In this document: piece after piece, positions 39,901 to 49,798 of the stretch | How the letters are laid out: each line of letters starts with the position of its first letter | Position numbering within the stretch: the stretch's first letter is position 1 | Source: a virus | Strand: one strand, 5' to 3' | Length of the DNA: 64,000 nt | IMG/VR virus record: IMGVR_UViG_3300036852_000741 | Span: 41,352-105,351 of that record | The notes under the pieces: generated by a model | What the model saw: only the letters and a program-made list of their open reading frames with translations | Told to the model about the DNA's origin: nothing | Databases searched by the model: none | Position numbers and translations under genes: made by a program

Positions 39901-42900
39901 CGGGCGGCGGCCAGGGCGTGGGCGTTGGTGGCGGCACTCGCACGGTGCTGCTCACCAAGCGGGCGTCGCCGTTGACGTTCATCAGTGCGGAGGCCGATCC
40001 GCAGCCGCGGGGAAGCGGCGTCGGCGCTGGGGCTGTCGCCGCGTACTGGAGTGCTGTTGAGGATTCGGCCTCGCCGTCGGGCTGGGCCCTGGTCGCCGCG
40101 GACGTACCGGCGGCGGTGAACAACGACCCCTACCACCAGCCCTCCGATAGCCCCGGCGCGCTCGTCATGTACTTCGGCGTGCAGGCCGGGGATACCGTGA
40201 CGCTCAGCGTCTGGATGCGCATGAACGCTGCGGCGATGGCGCAGGCGGCCAACGTCGGCAACGGCCGCGGGGTGGCCCAGGTCTGGTGGCACACCTCCAG
40301 CGGCTATTTCGTCAACAGCCTGCCGCGGCCTGCGACGGCGGACACATGGGAGCGTGTGCGCGCCACCTATGCGGTGCCGGCCAACGCCGACGCCTTCTTC
40401 CTGCGCTTCTACGGGTCCAGCGACCGGGCTGGCGGCGAGGTCCGCTGGGCGGGCATCCAGCTTGCGCGCAGCGCAACGGTGATGGCCCCCAACGAGGGGG
40501 CCGGCGGCGGCACTCGCACCATCTTGGCGACGAAGGCTGGCGGCGCGCTGGGGACGGCCAACCCGGGCGGCGTCAAGCACGTTCTGTTGCCCTACAAGGC
40601 CAATGGGGCGCAGGGAGCCACTGTCGGGGGGGGCGTCAAGCATCCGGCGATCACCAGGTTGGCGGGTGCCAACGCCGGTGCAGTCGGCGGCGGCACGCGC
40701 ACCGACTTGGCGACCAAGCCGGGCGGCGGGCAAGCCGCTGGTGTCGGTGGCGGCACGCGGTCGGTGCTGGTCTCGAAGGCCGGCGGCGTCAGCGGCGTGG
40801 CGGGCCACGGTGGCGTCAAGCACCCAGCGGTGAGCAAGGGCGCGGGCGCCAGCGGCTCCAGCGCGGGCGGCGCGGTCAAGCACCCGGCGGTCGGTAAGTC
40901 CTCCGGCGCGATCATGGTGTCGAGTGCCGTCGGTACGCGCACCACCCTGGTCTCCAAGCCGGCCGGGGGGGCTGCGGCGGCCACTGCCGGCGGGTCCAAG
41001 ACGGCCCTGGTGACCAAGCCCGGCGGCGCGGCGGCTGCCGGCTCGGTGCTGGGTACACGCACCGTTCTTGTCACCAAGGCGGCGGGCGCCACGGCGGCGG
41101 GCGGGCATGGTGGCGTCAAGCACGTCGCGCTCGGCAAGGCCAGCGGGGCGTCGGGTGTCACGAGCGCAGCGGGTACTCGCACGATCCTGGTCACCAAGTC
41201 GGCGGGCGCCAGCGCGCTGGCCTCTGCGGGCGGGGCTCGCACCGAGCCGGTCGGCCGGGCGGGCGGCGGCCAGGGCGTGGCGGTTACGGGGGGTACGCGC
41301 ACCGCGCTGGTGACCAAAGCTGGCGGCGTTGTGGGCACCGCGGCTCCTGGCGCTGTCAAGCACCCGGCGGTCCGCAAGGACGCGGCGGTGGCGCTCGCGG
41401 CGACGGCGGCCGGCGGTATCAAGCACCCGGCTGTCGGCAAGGCTGGCGGCGCGCAGGCGATGGCGGTGGCCGGCGCCGTCAAGCACCCGGCGATCACGAA
41501 GTCCGCCGGGGCGGTGGCATCGGCGTCTGCGGCCGGCCCCCGCACCCTCCTGGTCGGCAAGCCCGGCGGCGGCCAGGCGTCGGGGGCCGGAGCGGGCACC
41601 CGGACTCTGCTGGTCTCTCGGTCCGGCGGCGGCCTTGGGGTGGCCAGTGCTGCTGGCACTCGCACGGCGCTGGTCACCAAGCCCGGCGGCGGTACTCAGG
41701 CCGGGGCTGGCGGCGGAGCACGGACTGACCTGGCCAGCAAGCCGGGCGGTGCCATCGCCGTTGGCACCTCCGGCGGCGTCAAACGCCCCGCGGTCTTCAA
41801 GGCCAACGGCGCGACGGCCGCAGCGAGCGGCAGCGGGGTGCGCAGCGTTCTGCTGCCCATCCGCACGGGAGGAGGCGCTGCGGGCGCCAGCGCTACTGGT
41901 ACACGCACGAGCCTGGTCGCCAAGTCGGCGGGCGCGCTGACGACTGGGCTGGCCGGCGCAACGCGTACGGCCCTGATCGCTCGCTCGGGTGGTGGCCAGG
42001 CGGTCGAGCAGGCCGGTGCGATCAGAACGCTTTTGCTCGCGAAAGCCGGAGGCGCCGTTGCCTTCGGAGCGCCGGGCGCCGTCAAACATCCGGCGGTCGC
42101 GAAGTCCAATGGTGCGACGACGAGTGCGAGCGCCGGTGGCATCAAGCATCCGGCTGTCACCAGGGCCGCCGGTGCCGTGGCGGGCGCGTCGAGCTTTGGT
42201 GCGCGCACCGTCCTGGTCACCAAGTCGGCCGGGGGCACCGGGGGCGCAAGCGGCGGAGGCACACGTACCCAGCCGGTCTCCAGGGCTGGCGGTGGCATCG
42301 CAACCGGTAGCGCAGGCGGTGTTCGCAGCGCGCTGGTGACCAAGCCCTCGGGGGCAGTTGGTGTCGCGGCGCCTGGGGGAATCAAGCACCCCGCCGTCGC
42401 CAAGGCCGGCGGTGCGGCGGGTGTGGCTCTCGCTGGGGGGGTCGGGCACCCGGCCGTTGCGAAATCGGCTGGCGGGACAGGGGTCGCGTCGGGGGCGGGC
42501 ACTCGCACCGCTCTGGTCACCAAGTCGGCGGGCGCCGCCGCTGGCCTGGCTGGTGGCGGCACACGCACCGAGCCGGTTTCTAAGCCGGGCGGCGGGTTTG
42601 CGCTTGCTGTCCCTGGTGGCGTCCGCACCGTGCTTGTCACGAAGGTCGGCGGGGCAAGCGCTGCCGCTGGGCCGGGGGCCGACAAGCACCCGGTGGCAAT
42701 CAAGGCCAACGGGGCGCTGGCGTCGCTTGTTGGTGGCGGGGGGAAGCACCCAGCGGCTTCCAGGTCCGGTGGCGCGGCCACTACGACGACTGCCGGGGGT
42801 GACAAGCATCTAGCGGCCACCAAGCCGGCCGGGGCGCTGGCATCGGGAGCGGGCGGCGGCACGCGCACGGTCTTGATCGCGGAGGCAGGAGGGGGCGCTT

Positions 42901-45900
42901 CCACCGCCGTTGCCGGCGGCGTTCACACATTGCTGGGCATCAAGACTGGGGGCGGCCAGGCGACGGCAGCGCCGGGCGCCGACAAGCACCCGGCTATCAC
43001 GAAGCCGGCGGGGGCAAGTGCTGGTAGTCAGGCGGGGGGCACTCGCACGGCGCTGGTCACCAAGCCCGGCGGTGCCAGTGCGGTGGGTGACGCCGCCGGG
43101 AACAAGTATCTGCTGGTCACCAAGGACGGCGGTGCCATCGCCGTTGGCGCCCCCGGCGGCGTCAAGGTGCAGTCGGGCGGCGCCGCCATAGCAGCCGCCG
43201 CGGGCGGCACCTGGGCGATTCTGCTCGGTCGTTCGGGCGGCGGCGTGGTGGCGCTCGGCGGGCAGCCGATCAACCTGCTCATCAACCCGAGCGCCGAGAC
43301 GGACACCGTGGGATGGACGCGCTCTCCGGGCGGCGCGGGCGGTAGCTCCACGCTGACCCGGATCACGACCGACAGTGTGGTGGGCACCGCCGCCTTTGAG
43401 CAGGCGGGCACCTCCGGCAGCCAGTGGGGCATCTACCTCTACAGTGCCTACAGCGACGTGGCACCCGGTCAGCGGGTCGCGGTGCGCGGCTGGGTCAAGG
43501 TGCCGTCCGCGGTCACGGGGCTCAACTCGCTGACCATCGGGGTTCGCTACAGCAACGCCGCTGGCGGATACCTCACCGAGACCACCCTCCAGGCGCGCAG
43601 CAACCCGGCCGTCGACACGTGGTACGAGCTAACGGGCACGATGGTCGCGCCGGCCAACGCGCGCCAGGTTGCCGTCCAGTTCGTCACGAACGCTCTGCCC
43701 CTGGGAACCGCGTTCGCGCTGCGTTACGACGCGGCGCTCATGGCGCTGACCGAGGCCCTGCCGGCGTATTTCGACGGCGACACGGCGGGCGCAGCATGGC
43801 TTGGCACCCCGCACGCCTCGGCGTCGCGGTCAACGACGGTTCTCGGGATCGGCCGGTCGGTCCTGGTCACCAAGCTGGGCGGCGCGAGCGGGACTGCGAA
43901 TGTCGGGGGTACGCGCACCGAGCCGGTTGCCAGGACGGGCGGCGGCAGTGCCAGCGGGGTTGCCACTGGCGACAAGAGCGCCCTGGTCATCAAGGCCGGC
44001 GGGGGCCTCGTCGGCTACTACGCGGTGCCTTCCGGGCTTCTGCTTGACCTAGCGGGCAGTGTGGTGGTGGGGGGGATGGTTGCGGGTGGCCGCAGGGCCG
44101 CGATTAGCACTCGGCTGGCCGGTGCGGTGGGCTCGGGGGCCGGCGGCGCAGTGCGTACCGTTTTGGTCGGCAAGGCGGGTGGGGCCGTTGCGTCCGGTAC
44201 GAGTGCCGGCTCCCGGACCGCCCTCGCCACCAGGTCGGGCGGCGGGCGGGCGGTCGCAGCGCCTGGGGGCGCCAAGTACCTCGCGGTGGTCAAGGCGCAG
44301 TCGCCGCTGAGCTATATCAGCGCGGTCTCTGACCCGCAGCCGCGTACGAGTGGCGCCGGGTCGGGAGTGGTCGCCCCGTACTGGAGCGCCGTGCCGGACT
44401 CCTCGTCGCCGTCGGGGTGGGCACTGGTGGCTGCCGATGTGCCCTCTGCGGTGAGTTCTGATCCCTACCGCCAGCCGCTTGACGGCAACGGCGTCGTGAC
44501 GATGTTCTTCGGCGTTCAGCCGGGCGATACGGTGACGCTCGCGGTCTGGATGCGCCTGAACGCCGCGGCTTTTGCCCAGCCGGTCGGGCCCGGCAACGGG
44601 CGCGGCGTGGCCCAGGTGTGGTGGCATGTCCCCAGCGGCTACGTCAGGAACCACCTACCGCGGCCGGCGCTGGTGGATACGTGGGAGCGCGTGTGGGCGA
44701 CCTACACGGTGCCGACGGACGCGGACGCGTTCTTCATTCGCTTCTACGGGTCCGGCGACCAGCCGGGCGGCGAGGTCCGTTGGGCTGGCATCCAGTTGGC
44801 GCGCACGGCGGTGGCGGCCCCGAGCCCGAATGAGGGTACGGGCGGCGGGGTGCGCACGGTGCTGGCCGCCAAGGCGGGCGGCGCACTCGCAGCGGGCGTG
44901 ACGGACGGCACGCGCAGCGCGCTCGTCACGAAGGGCGCAGGAGGCGTTGCCGCGGGCGTGGGGGCGGGAGACAGAACCGAGCCCCTGTCGAAGGCCGGCG
45001 GCGGCGTGACGGCGGCGGCGGCCGGTGGCGTCAGGCGAGCGGAGGCCCTCAAGGCTGGGGGCGCGACCGCGGGCGCGGTGTTGGGCGCCAGCACGAGCGT
45101 TTTGCTCTCCCAGGCGGGCGGCTCCGCGGCCGTGGCTTCGGCGTTCGGGTCGCGCACCGCACTGGCCTCCAAGGGCGCCGGTGGCCTAGCTGTCGCGGCG
45201 AGTGGAGGGGTGCGCGTTGTCCCGGCGGTCAAGCTGGGCGGTGCCGCGGCGTCGGGCGTTGGCGGAGGCACGGCGACTCGGGATAGTAGGCGCACGGGGG
45301 GTGCGCAGGCTGCGGGCGAGGGTGGCGGAAGCCTCACTCTGCGCGTTGGTACCTCGGGCGGGGCGAGTGCCGTTGGCATCTCGGGCGGCGATAAGCACGT
45401 CGCCTGGCGCCGCGGTCAGCATGAGGTGTCCCGGCCGGTAGCGCGGGCCGGGGGCATCAAGACGCTCGTGCGCACGGCGGTGGGCGGCGCTGCCGTTAGT
45501 GCCAGGGCCGCCGGCCAGCGCACGGGGACGGTCGACAAGGCCGGCGGCGGAGCGACCGGCCACCTGGCATGGCAGTTGCTCATCTTCGGCCAGACGTACA
45601 CGGGCGGTGCCCAGGCCGGCGGCGTCAAGCGTCCGATCGTGACCCGGACGGCAGGCGCGGTGGCGGCGGGCGCCGGCTCCGGCGGGCGCCGGGTCCAGGT
45701 CACCAAGCTCGGGCTGGGTGGCTCGATGTACCCGACCTTCGGTGGCGGCGTCCGCACGCTGCTGGTGACCAAGGATGGTGGTGGCCGGACCTCCGGTCAG
45801 GGCGGCGGGTCTCGCATGGTCCCGGGCGCCAAGGACGGCGGCGGGGCGTTGGGTGCGAGTGCCGGCGGTCAGCGCGTCGCTGTCTTCTCGCTGCGGGGCG

Positions 45901-46829
45901 GCGGCGCCGTGCTGGCGCAGGGGGCGGGCAGCGCATTCCGTGTTCTGGTGCGCAACGGAGGCGCGGCGGTCACTGCCGTCGCGGTTGGCATCAGGAGTAC
46001 GGCGATCAGCAAGGCCGCTGGCAGCCTGGGGGCGGCGACGGCTCTGGGCGTCCGCACAACGGTCGTCCTCAAGGCGGCTGGTGCGATGGCCGGCGCGCGG
46101 GCGGGTGGCGCTCGTCTTGGTGTGCTTGTCCGCACCGGCGGGGCGCGGGCCGTGGCCAGCGGCGCCGGTGACCGCACGGTCGGCGCGCTCAAGACGGGCG
46201 GCGCCAGCGTGCGGGCGCAGGCGCATGGAGTGCGCTACCTGTTGCGCGTCGCCGTCGGCGGGGCCCTGAACGCGCTGGCCACCAGCGGGGTCCGCTCGGT
46301 GGTCGTTGCCCGCTCGGGCGGCGCCACGCTGAGCCTGACCACCACGACGACGCGCGAGGGGCTGGTCACGCTTGGCGGCGGCGCGCGAGCGAGTGCGGTG
46401 GCCGGCGGCGCGAGGGGGGAACAGCGCCTGGCCGGTGGCGCGCGTACCAGCGCGACAGTCGGCGGGCGGCTCACCCTGCTCATCGTCCGCCCTGGCGGTG
46501 GCGCTTTCGGCGGACGCGGCGGCGAGGTCACGGCCCTGCTCGCCCTGCTCGCTGGGCTCGTCCAGCCCTACCGGGTGCGGTTTGTTGGTGACCGCACGAG
46601 CGTGACCGTAGAGCCGACCGCCACCGTTGTCCTGCTCGTGTCCGTGCGCGCCTATGCTGTCCTCGAACTGCCGATGGATGCGCGCCCGATGCGTGAGGAG
46701 TACGCGGCCACCGTCGAGCCTGGCGGCACTCTGCGCGTCGAGGACGGGGACGCCGACGCGGACGTGCAGGACGCCACGACGGTCGTTGTGGGCGCTGCCC
46801 GCGGAAGGTCGCTGGAGGAGTACGGCTAG
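36912..46829 (+). CDS. Giant Gly/Ala repeat fibre protein with CBM-like domains
   Basis: 3305 aa. About 21-aa repeats (GG..A...GG.KHPAV.K / GG.RT.LV.K); NLLRNGDFE, NLLTNPSLE, DLLRNGSLE and NLLINPSAE domain starts. Confidence 0.75.
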   Translation: MATFVDRSNGGQVGRDGFRLGYELLGIDRLGPYDTFTGNVSGGLKHLLVGKSGGAYPGYWALSGGLFGTFGSPLVGGVVAGGDKHSAITKPGGASASGQAGGTRTVLRSASGGGTGPASGGGTKAPLATKAGGGKASPNLLRNGDFEVDVAGWAVYLSGTITFVRATDWADTGAASMRVTAAAAGNFITSDRGTAGMPVIAGTSYTLAATRNVLDPTTVIYVQWFNSAGTYLTQNSVLSSTLTGAFRQQAQVTAPANAAFCALVPGGEASAFDFYLDTIRFGLAGAAPGGVRTILVTKGGGATAAGASGAVKHPAISKASGAAGGCIGGGARSTLGSKSGGGVIPLGGALINLLTNPSLETNTTAWAINPGGVGGSATLTRITTDSVVGAAAAQQAGTSGSSYGIYFYEAAGTEPFVSPGQSIAVRASVKMVGAAFTNLLRVGVRFYNTAGAYLSENTVGSVSNPVADTWYALSGSMVVPAGAYRASIQVNTNSLGLGTSFTLVYDALLMVMGATVPAYFDGDSALAGWTGTAHASTSKLTVIPGIGRSILVTKPGGAAAGGSGGGTRTEPVSRAGGGSARGAAGGDKDILVTKAGGATAVGTPGGIKHPAVAKSGGAQGAASGGGVKHPAVTKPAGAAGGGTAAGTRTVLVTKPGGASGRGIASGDKDVLTAKAGGASATGTPGGVKHPVVLKAEGAPAAGVGGGIKHVLLPYASGGAIATGSAGGTKKPLVTKPAGAAGAASGGGAKTALATRSGGGVSQAGPGPTDLLRNGSLEQGNTGWTINGVATVTRISGAAYDGAWLLSVAAPGYVDGGAFIPFHQVAPGDVLSLSVFVRGEVGGERVHIRAREGLLNGGFLRENTGSHFTLTTGWTRVSMVTPAMGASTALLTLKIVNSDTFAATFYVDAGQETQGADLKAYVSDPGAGTKTVLVGKSGGAVASGVGGGVRHVLLPYEAGGAQGTASGGAVKHPAVSKANGASAAASANGTRKSLATKPGGGQGVGVGGGTRTVLLTKRASPLTFISAEADPQPRGSGVGAGAVAAYWSAVEDSASPSGWALVAADVPAAVNNDPYHQPSDSPGALVMYFGVQAGDTVTLSVWMRMNAAAMAQAANVGNGRGVAQVWWHTSSGYFVNSLPRPATADTWERVRATYAVPANADAFFLRFYGSSDRAGGEVRWAGIQLARSATVMAPNEGAGGGTRTILATKAGGALGTANPGGVKHVLLPYKANGAQGATVGGGVKHPAITRLAGANAGAVGGGTRTDLATKPGGGQAAGVGGGTRSVLVSKAGGVSGVAGHGGVKHPAVSKGAGASGSSAGGAVKHPAVGKSSGAIMVSSAVGTRTTLVSKPAGGAAAATAGGSKTALVTKPGGAAAAGSVLGTRTVLVTKAAGATAAGGHGGVKHVALGKASGASGVTSAAGTRTILVTKSAGASALASAGGARTEPVGRAGGGQGVAVTGGTRTALVTKAGGVVGTAAPGAVKHPAVRKDAAVALAATAAGGIKHPAVGKAGGAQAMAVAGAVKHPAITKSAGAVASASAAGPRTLLVGKPGGGQASGAGAGTRTLLVSRSGGGLGVASAAGTRTALVTKPGGGTQAGAGGGARTDLASKPGGAIAVGTSGGVKRPAVFKANGATAAASGSGVRSVLLPIRTGGGAAGASATGTRTSLVAKSAGALTTGLAGATRTALIARSGGGQAVEQAGAIRTLLLAKAGGAVAFGAPGAVKHPAVAKSNGATTSASAGGIKHPAVTRAAGAVAGASSFGARTVLVTKSAGGTGGASGGGTRTQPVSRAGGGIATGSAGGVRSALVTKPSGAVGVAAPGGIKHPAVAKAGGAAGVALAGGVGHPAVAKSAGGTGVASGAGTRTALVTKSAGAAAGLAGGGTRTEPVSKPGGGFALAVPGGVRTVLVTKVGGASAAAGPGADKHPVAIKANGALASLVGGGGKHPAASRSGGAATTTTAGGDKHLAATKPAGALASGAGGGTRTVLIAEAGGGASTAVAGGVHTLLGIKTGGGQATAAPGADKHPAITKPAGASAGSQAGGTRTALVTKPGGASAVGDAAGNKYLLVTKDGGAIAVGAPGGVKVQSGGAAIAAAAGGTWAILLGRSGGGVVALGGQPINLLINPSAETDTVGWTRSPGGAGGSSTLTRITTDSVVGTAAFEQAGTSGSQWGIYLYSAYSDVAPGQRVAVRGWVKVPSAVTGLNSLTIGVRYSNAAGGYLTETTLQARSNPAVDTWYELTGTMVAPANARQVAVQFVTNALPLGTAFALRYDAALMALTEALPAYFDGDTAGAAWLGTPHASASRSTTVLGIGRSVLVTKLGGASGTANVGGTRTEPVARTGGGSASGVATGDKSALVIKAGGGLVGYYAVPSGLLLDLAGSVVVGGMVAGGRRAAISTRLAGAVGSGAGGAVRTVLVGKAGGAVASGTSAGSRTALATRSGGGRAVAAPGGAKYLAVVKAQSPLSYISAVSDPQPRTSGAGSGVVAPYWSAVPDSSSPSGWALVAADVPSAVSSDPYRQPLDGNGVVTMFFGVQPGDTVTLAVWMRLNAAAFAQPVGPGNGRGVAQVWWHVPSGYVRNHLPRPALVDTWERVWATYTVPTDADAFFIRFYGSGDQPGGEVRWAGIQLARTAVAAPSPNEGTGGGVRTVLAAKAGGALAAGVTDGTRSALVTKGAGGVAAGVGAGDRTEPLSKAGGGVTAAAAGGVRRAEALKAGGATAGAVLGASTSVLLSQAGGSAAVASAFGSRTALASKGAGGLAVAASGGVRVVPAVKLGGAAASGVGGGTATRDSRRTGGAQAAGEGGGSLTLRVGTSGGASAVGISGGDKHVAWRRGQHEVSRPVARAGGIKTLVRTAVGGAAVSARAAGQRTGTVDKAGGGATGHLAWQLLIFGQTYTGGAQAGGVKRPIVTRTAGAVAAGAGSGGRRVQVTKLGLGGSMYPTFGGGVRTLLVTKDGGGRTSGQGGGSRMVPGAKDGGGALGASAGGQRVAVFSLRGGGAVLAQGAGSAFRVLVRNGGAAVTAVAVGIRSTAISKAAGSLGAATALGVRTTVVLKAAGAMAGARAGGARLGVLVRTGGARAVASGAGDRTVGALKTGGASVRAQAHGVRYLLRVAVGGALNALATSGVRSVVVARSGGATLSLTTTTTREGLVTLGGGARASAVAGGARGEQRLAGGARTSATVGGRLTLLIVRPGGGAFGGRGGEVTALLALLAGLVQPYRVRFVGDRTSVTVEPTATVVLLVSVRAYAVLELPMDARPMREEYAATVEPGGTLRVEDGDADADVQDATTVVVGAARGRSLEEYG

Positions 46830-46994
46830 CGTCAGATTGCGAGGCGAACGTGCCCGTGGACTGGGGCACAATGGGGTGGCCCCCCGAGAGCGAGGACCTC
46901 GGTGAAATCCGCGTCGTCCCGGAATCCATTGTCCTACGTCATGGCGGTCCCATGTGAGGACAGCCCGCGGGCGCGCAAGCTGGACGGCTAGCTC

Positions 46995-48632
46995 GTGTCG
47001 CAGGTAACCGGGCTCAAGTTCGCCACCACGTCGGCGTCGCCCGACACCGGGCTGAGCGTCAACTGGACGAACATCGGCAACGTGTTCGCCGACGACGGCG
47101 CGGACGCGGCGGTCACGATCACCTCTACGGCGCTGAACTCGGAGACGCTGAAGGGGCAAACCTTCAAGCTACTGAGCGAGGACGGCGGCCCGATCGTCGC
47201 CAACGCCACGATCATCAAGGTCACGATGGAGATGCGGGTCAGCATCTCCGTGACCGACAACCTCACCGCCAACGTGGCGACGGTGAACCTCCGGGGCCAT
47301 AGCCCCGACGGCACCGACCAGTTGTCCACGTCGTTCACGCAGGCCGACAACACGAACTCGGACCAGATTCGTACGTGGAACACGGGCGGGACGCAGGCCA
47401 GTCCGCAGACCACGTTCACCCGTGCCGAACTCGCCGATGGGCAGTTCACGGTCGCCATCGACGTGCACCTTCCCACCGGGGCGCTGAACCAGGCCACCTG
47501 CTCCGTTGACTACATCGGCGCGCAGGTGGAGTGGATCGCCTACGTCGACAAGGACGGCGGCGCCCGGGGCCGCGGCGACGGCGGGTCGCCGGCTGTCGGC
47601 CGGACGGTGCTGCTGACCCGCGTCTCTGCGGGGGCGAGCGCACCGGCCTCGGCCGGCAATCCGGGGCCGCCGTACAAGGGCATCACCCTGAGCAAGCCGG
47701 CCACCCCTCAGTCGGTGCTGCACGGTGGGGCAGCCGCCGGGCAGGGCGGTGGCGTAAAGCACGTTGTGCGTGCCAGTGCAGACGGCGCGCTGTGCGCGGC
47801 GAGCGGCGGTGGCGTCAAGCACCCGGCCATCTCCAGGTCCGGGGGGGCCGGCGCCACGGGCCTGGCGGGCGGCGCTCGCACCATCTTCGCCAGCAAGGCG
47901 GGCGGCGCGCTCGCACCGGCTGCCGCTGGCGCAACGCGTGCGACTCTGGTTGCTCGCTCGGGCGGGGGGCAGGCGGCCGGGCAGGCTGGCGGCACCAGAA
48001 CGCTTCTGCTTGCGGGGGCGGGAGGTGGCATTGCCTTTGGAGCGTCTGGCGCCGTAAAGCACCCCGCCGTCAGCAAGCCAGCGGGGGCGGTGGCGACGGG
48101 GAGCGGCGGCGGCCAGAAGACCCTGCTGGTCTCCGGGGCGGGCGGGGCGCTGGTGGTCATGGTGTCCGGCGGGGCAAAGCACCCGGCCCTCGGGAGGCCC
48201 GGGGGCGCTTTGGTCGTTGCGGCGCCGGGAGCCGAAAAGCACCCGGCCGTAGCCAAGGCAGGCGGGGCGCTGGCGGATCACCTCTCCAGCGGCAGTGTGC
48301 GCCGGGTGCTCGCCCGCCGTGACGACGGCGGCCTGGTGGGCAGCACGGCGGGCGGCGATGGGCGGCTGTACACGTACGGCCTCTCGGGCTTCTCGCGCGC
48401 CGCCACGGGAGCGGTGCTGCCGACTGCCGACGTGCGCATCTTTCGCTCCGACACCGATGTGAAGGTGGGCCAGATCGTCTCCGACGCCAGCGGCGCCTGG
48501 TCGGTGGCGCTGACCTCCGAGCCCGTGACCTATTGGGTAAGGGCCGACAAGCTGGGGTCGCCGGATCGGTTTGGGACCACTGCGCGTGACATCGCGGTGG
48601 AGGAGACGCTCGTGAGCGGACCTCCGCCGTAG
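46995..48632 (+). CDS. Fibre-repeat protein (paralogous repeats) with globular ends
   Basis: Same GG.KHPA/GG.RT repeats; Ig/carboxypeptidase-regulatory-like C-terminus. Confidence 0.65.
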   Translation: MSQVTGLKFATTSASPDTGLSVNWTNIGNVFADDGADAAVTITSTALNSETLKGQTFKLLSEDGGPIVANATIIKVTMEMRVSISVTDNLTANVATVNLRGHSPDGTDQLSTSFTQADNTNSDQIRTWNTGGTQASPQTTFTRAELADGQFTVAIDVHLPTGALNQATCSVDYIGAQVEWIAYVDKDGGARGRGDGGSPAVGRTVLLTRVSAGASAPASAGNPGPPYKGITLSKPATPQSVLHGGAAAGQGGGVKHVVRASADGALCAASGGGVKHPAISRSGGAGATGLAGGARTIFASKAGGALAPAAAGATRATLVARSGGGQAAGQAGGTRTLLLAGAGGGIAFGASGAVKHPAVSKPAGAVATGSGGGQKTLLVSGAGGALVVMVSGGAKHPALGRPGGALVVAAPGAEKHPAVAKAGGALADHLSSGSVRRVLARRDDGGLVGSTAGGDGRLYTYGLSGFSRAATGAVLPTADVRIFRSDTDVKVGQIVSDASGAWSVALTSEPVTYWVRADKLGSPDRFGTTARDIAVEETLVSGPPP

Positions 48633-48634
48633 CC

Positions 48635-49444
48635 ATGGCCGTCGACGTGTACCTGCGTCCGGGTGCGGACGCGCTGGTCCCACCCTTGGGCGCCAAGAGC
48701 GACGCGATCCTGCGGCCCGCCGGGGCGGATACGGACGGGGCCCTGTTCCTCGATGCCGAGGGCGGCGGCCGGGCGACCTGCGCGGCCGGCGATGACCGGC
48801 GCCCACTGGCGGAGAGAGGAGGCGGAGGCGTGGCGCCGTGTGTTGCGGGCGCTGAGCGCATTCTGGAGCGCACCGTGGTCGGCGGGGCCAGTGTCGCGGC
48901 GCAGGGTGGCGGGGATCGCGGTCTCCCCCTCGGCAAGACGGGTGGCGCGATGGTGGCAGGCGCAACCGGCGGCGCCGCCCACACGGTGCGGGCTTCGAGC
49001 GGTGGCGCGAGCGTCATTGCGGACGCTGTTGGCGCTAGCCACCCGGCCTTCGATCGCAGGGCTGGCGCTCGTGCCACTACGACGGCTGGCGGAGACCGCC
49101 TCGTGGCCCTCGGACGAGCGGGCGGTGCCACTGCGGGTGGGAGTGCGGGGGGGGAGCGCCGGGCGATCGAGTGGCGCGACGGCGGGGGGGCCCAGGCCGG
49201 TCGCAGCGGCGGGGCGCGGGCCGTGCTGTACCCGGTTCGCGGTGGCGGCGCCGAGGCATCGCCCGTGGGTGGCGGCGCGGGCGCTGGGCTGGTTGTGCGC
49301 CTGGGCGGCGGGCAGGTGACCGCCCTGGCGGGTGGCGAGATGGCCGCACAGGTCGCGATGGTCTTCCGGCCGCCGCTGCACGCGGTGCTGGAGCGGATGC
49401 GCACCTCTGCCAGCATGGACAACTACGTGCTGGGCGCGCTGTGA
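48635..49444 (+). CDS. Fibre-repeat protein
   Basis: Degenerate copies of the same ~21-aa GG repeat. Confidence 0.6.
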   Translation: MAVDVYLRPGADALVPPLGAKSDAILRPAGADTDGALFLDAEGGGRATCAAGDDRRPLAERGGGGVAPCVAGAERILERTVVGGASVAAQGGGDRGLPLGKTGGAMVAGATGGAAHTVRASSGGASVIADAVGASHPAFDRRAGARATTTAGGDRLVALGRAGGATAGGSAGGERRAIEWRDGGGAQAGRSGGARAVLYPVRGGGAEASPVGGGAGAGLVVRLGGGQVTALAGGEMAAQVAMVFRPPLHAVLERMRTSASMDNYVLGAL

Positions 49445-49465
49445 GCAGGGGCTACGATCTGAGAC

Positions 49466-49798
49466 GTGCCAGGGCCCTACGTCCTGAAGGCGAACGACAC
49501 CGCGACGCCGATCCGGGCCACGCTGTATGACGCCGACGGCAAGCCGGTGCCGTTGCCGCAGGGCACGGTGGTGAGCTTCGCGATGCGCCCGGCGGTGGTC
49601 GGACAGGAGGGGCCGACGTTCAAGAAGGCGGCTCGCATCGTGTCCGACCCGGGCAAGGTGGCCTATGACTGGGAGTCCGAGGACGTGGAGGTCGCGGGGC
49701 CGTTCAAGGCGGAGTGGGAGGTCGTGATGCCGACGGGTCCGCAGACCTTCCCCAGCGACGGCTACCTCGACGTGATCGTCCTCGCCGACGTGGGCTAG
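49466..49798 (+). CDS. BppU-N-like adaptor protein
   Basis: LKANDT.TPIRATL.D.DG.PV.L...G.V.Y.W..D....G.F.AE.EV...QTFP..GY. Confidence 0.65.
   Translation: MPGPYVLKANDTATPIRATLYDADGKPVPLPQGTVVSFAMRPAVVGQEGPTFKKAARIVSDPGKVAYDWESEDVEVAGPFKAEWEVVMPTGPQTFPSDGYLDVIVLADVG

Noticed and set aside
37737-42809. 1690-aa minus-strand ORF, and other long minus-strand ORFs (e.g. 45186-47159, 47169-48965, 54458-56473, 58293-59831)
   Set aside because: Antisense shadows of GC-rich plus-strand genes; Arg/Pro-rich with no motifs.
37950-44840. Duplicated domains as DGR template/variable repeats
   Set aside because: Both copies are in-frame coding, differences are not adenine-specific, and there is no reverse transcriptase in the window.
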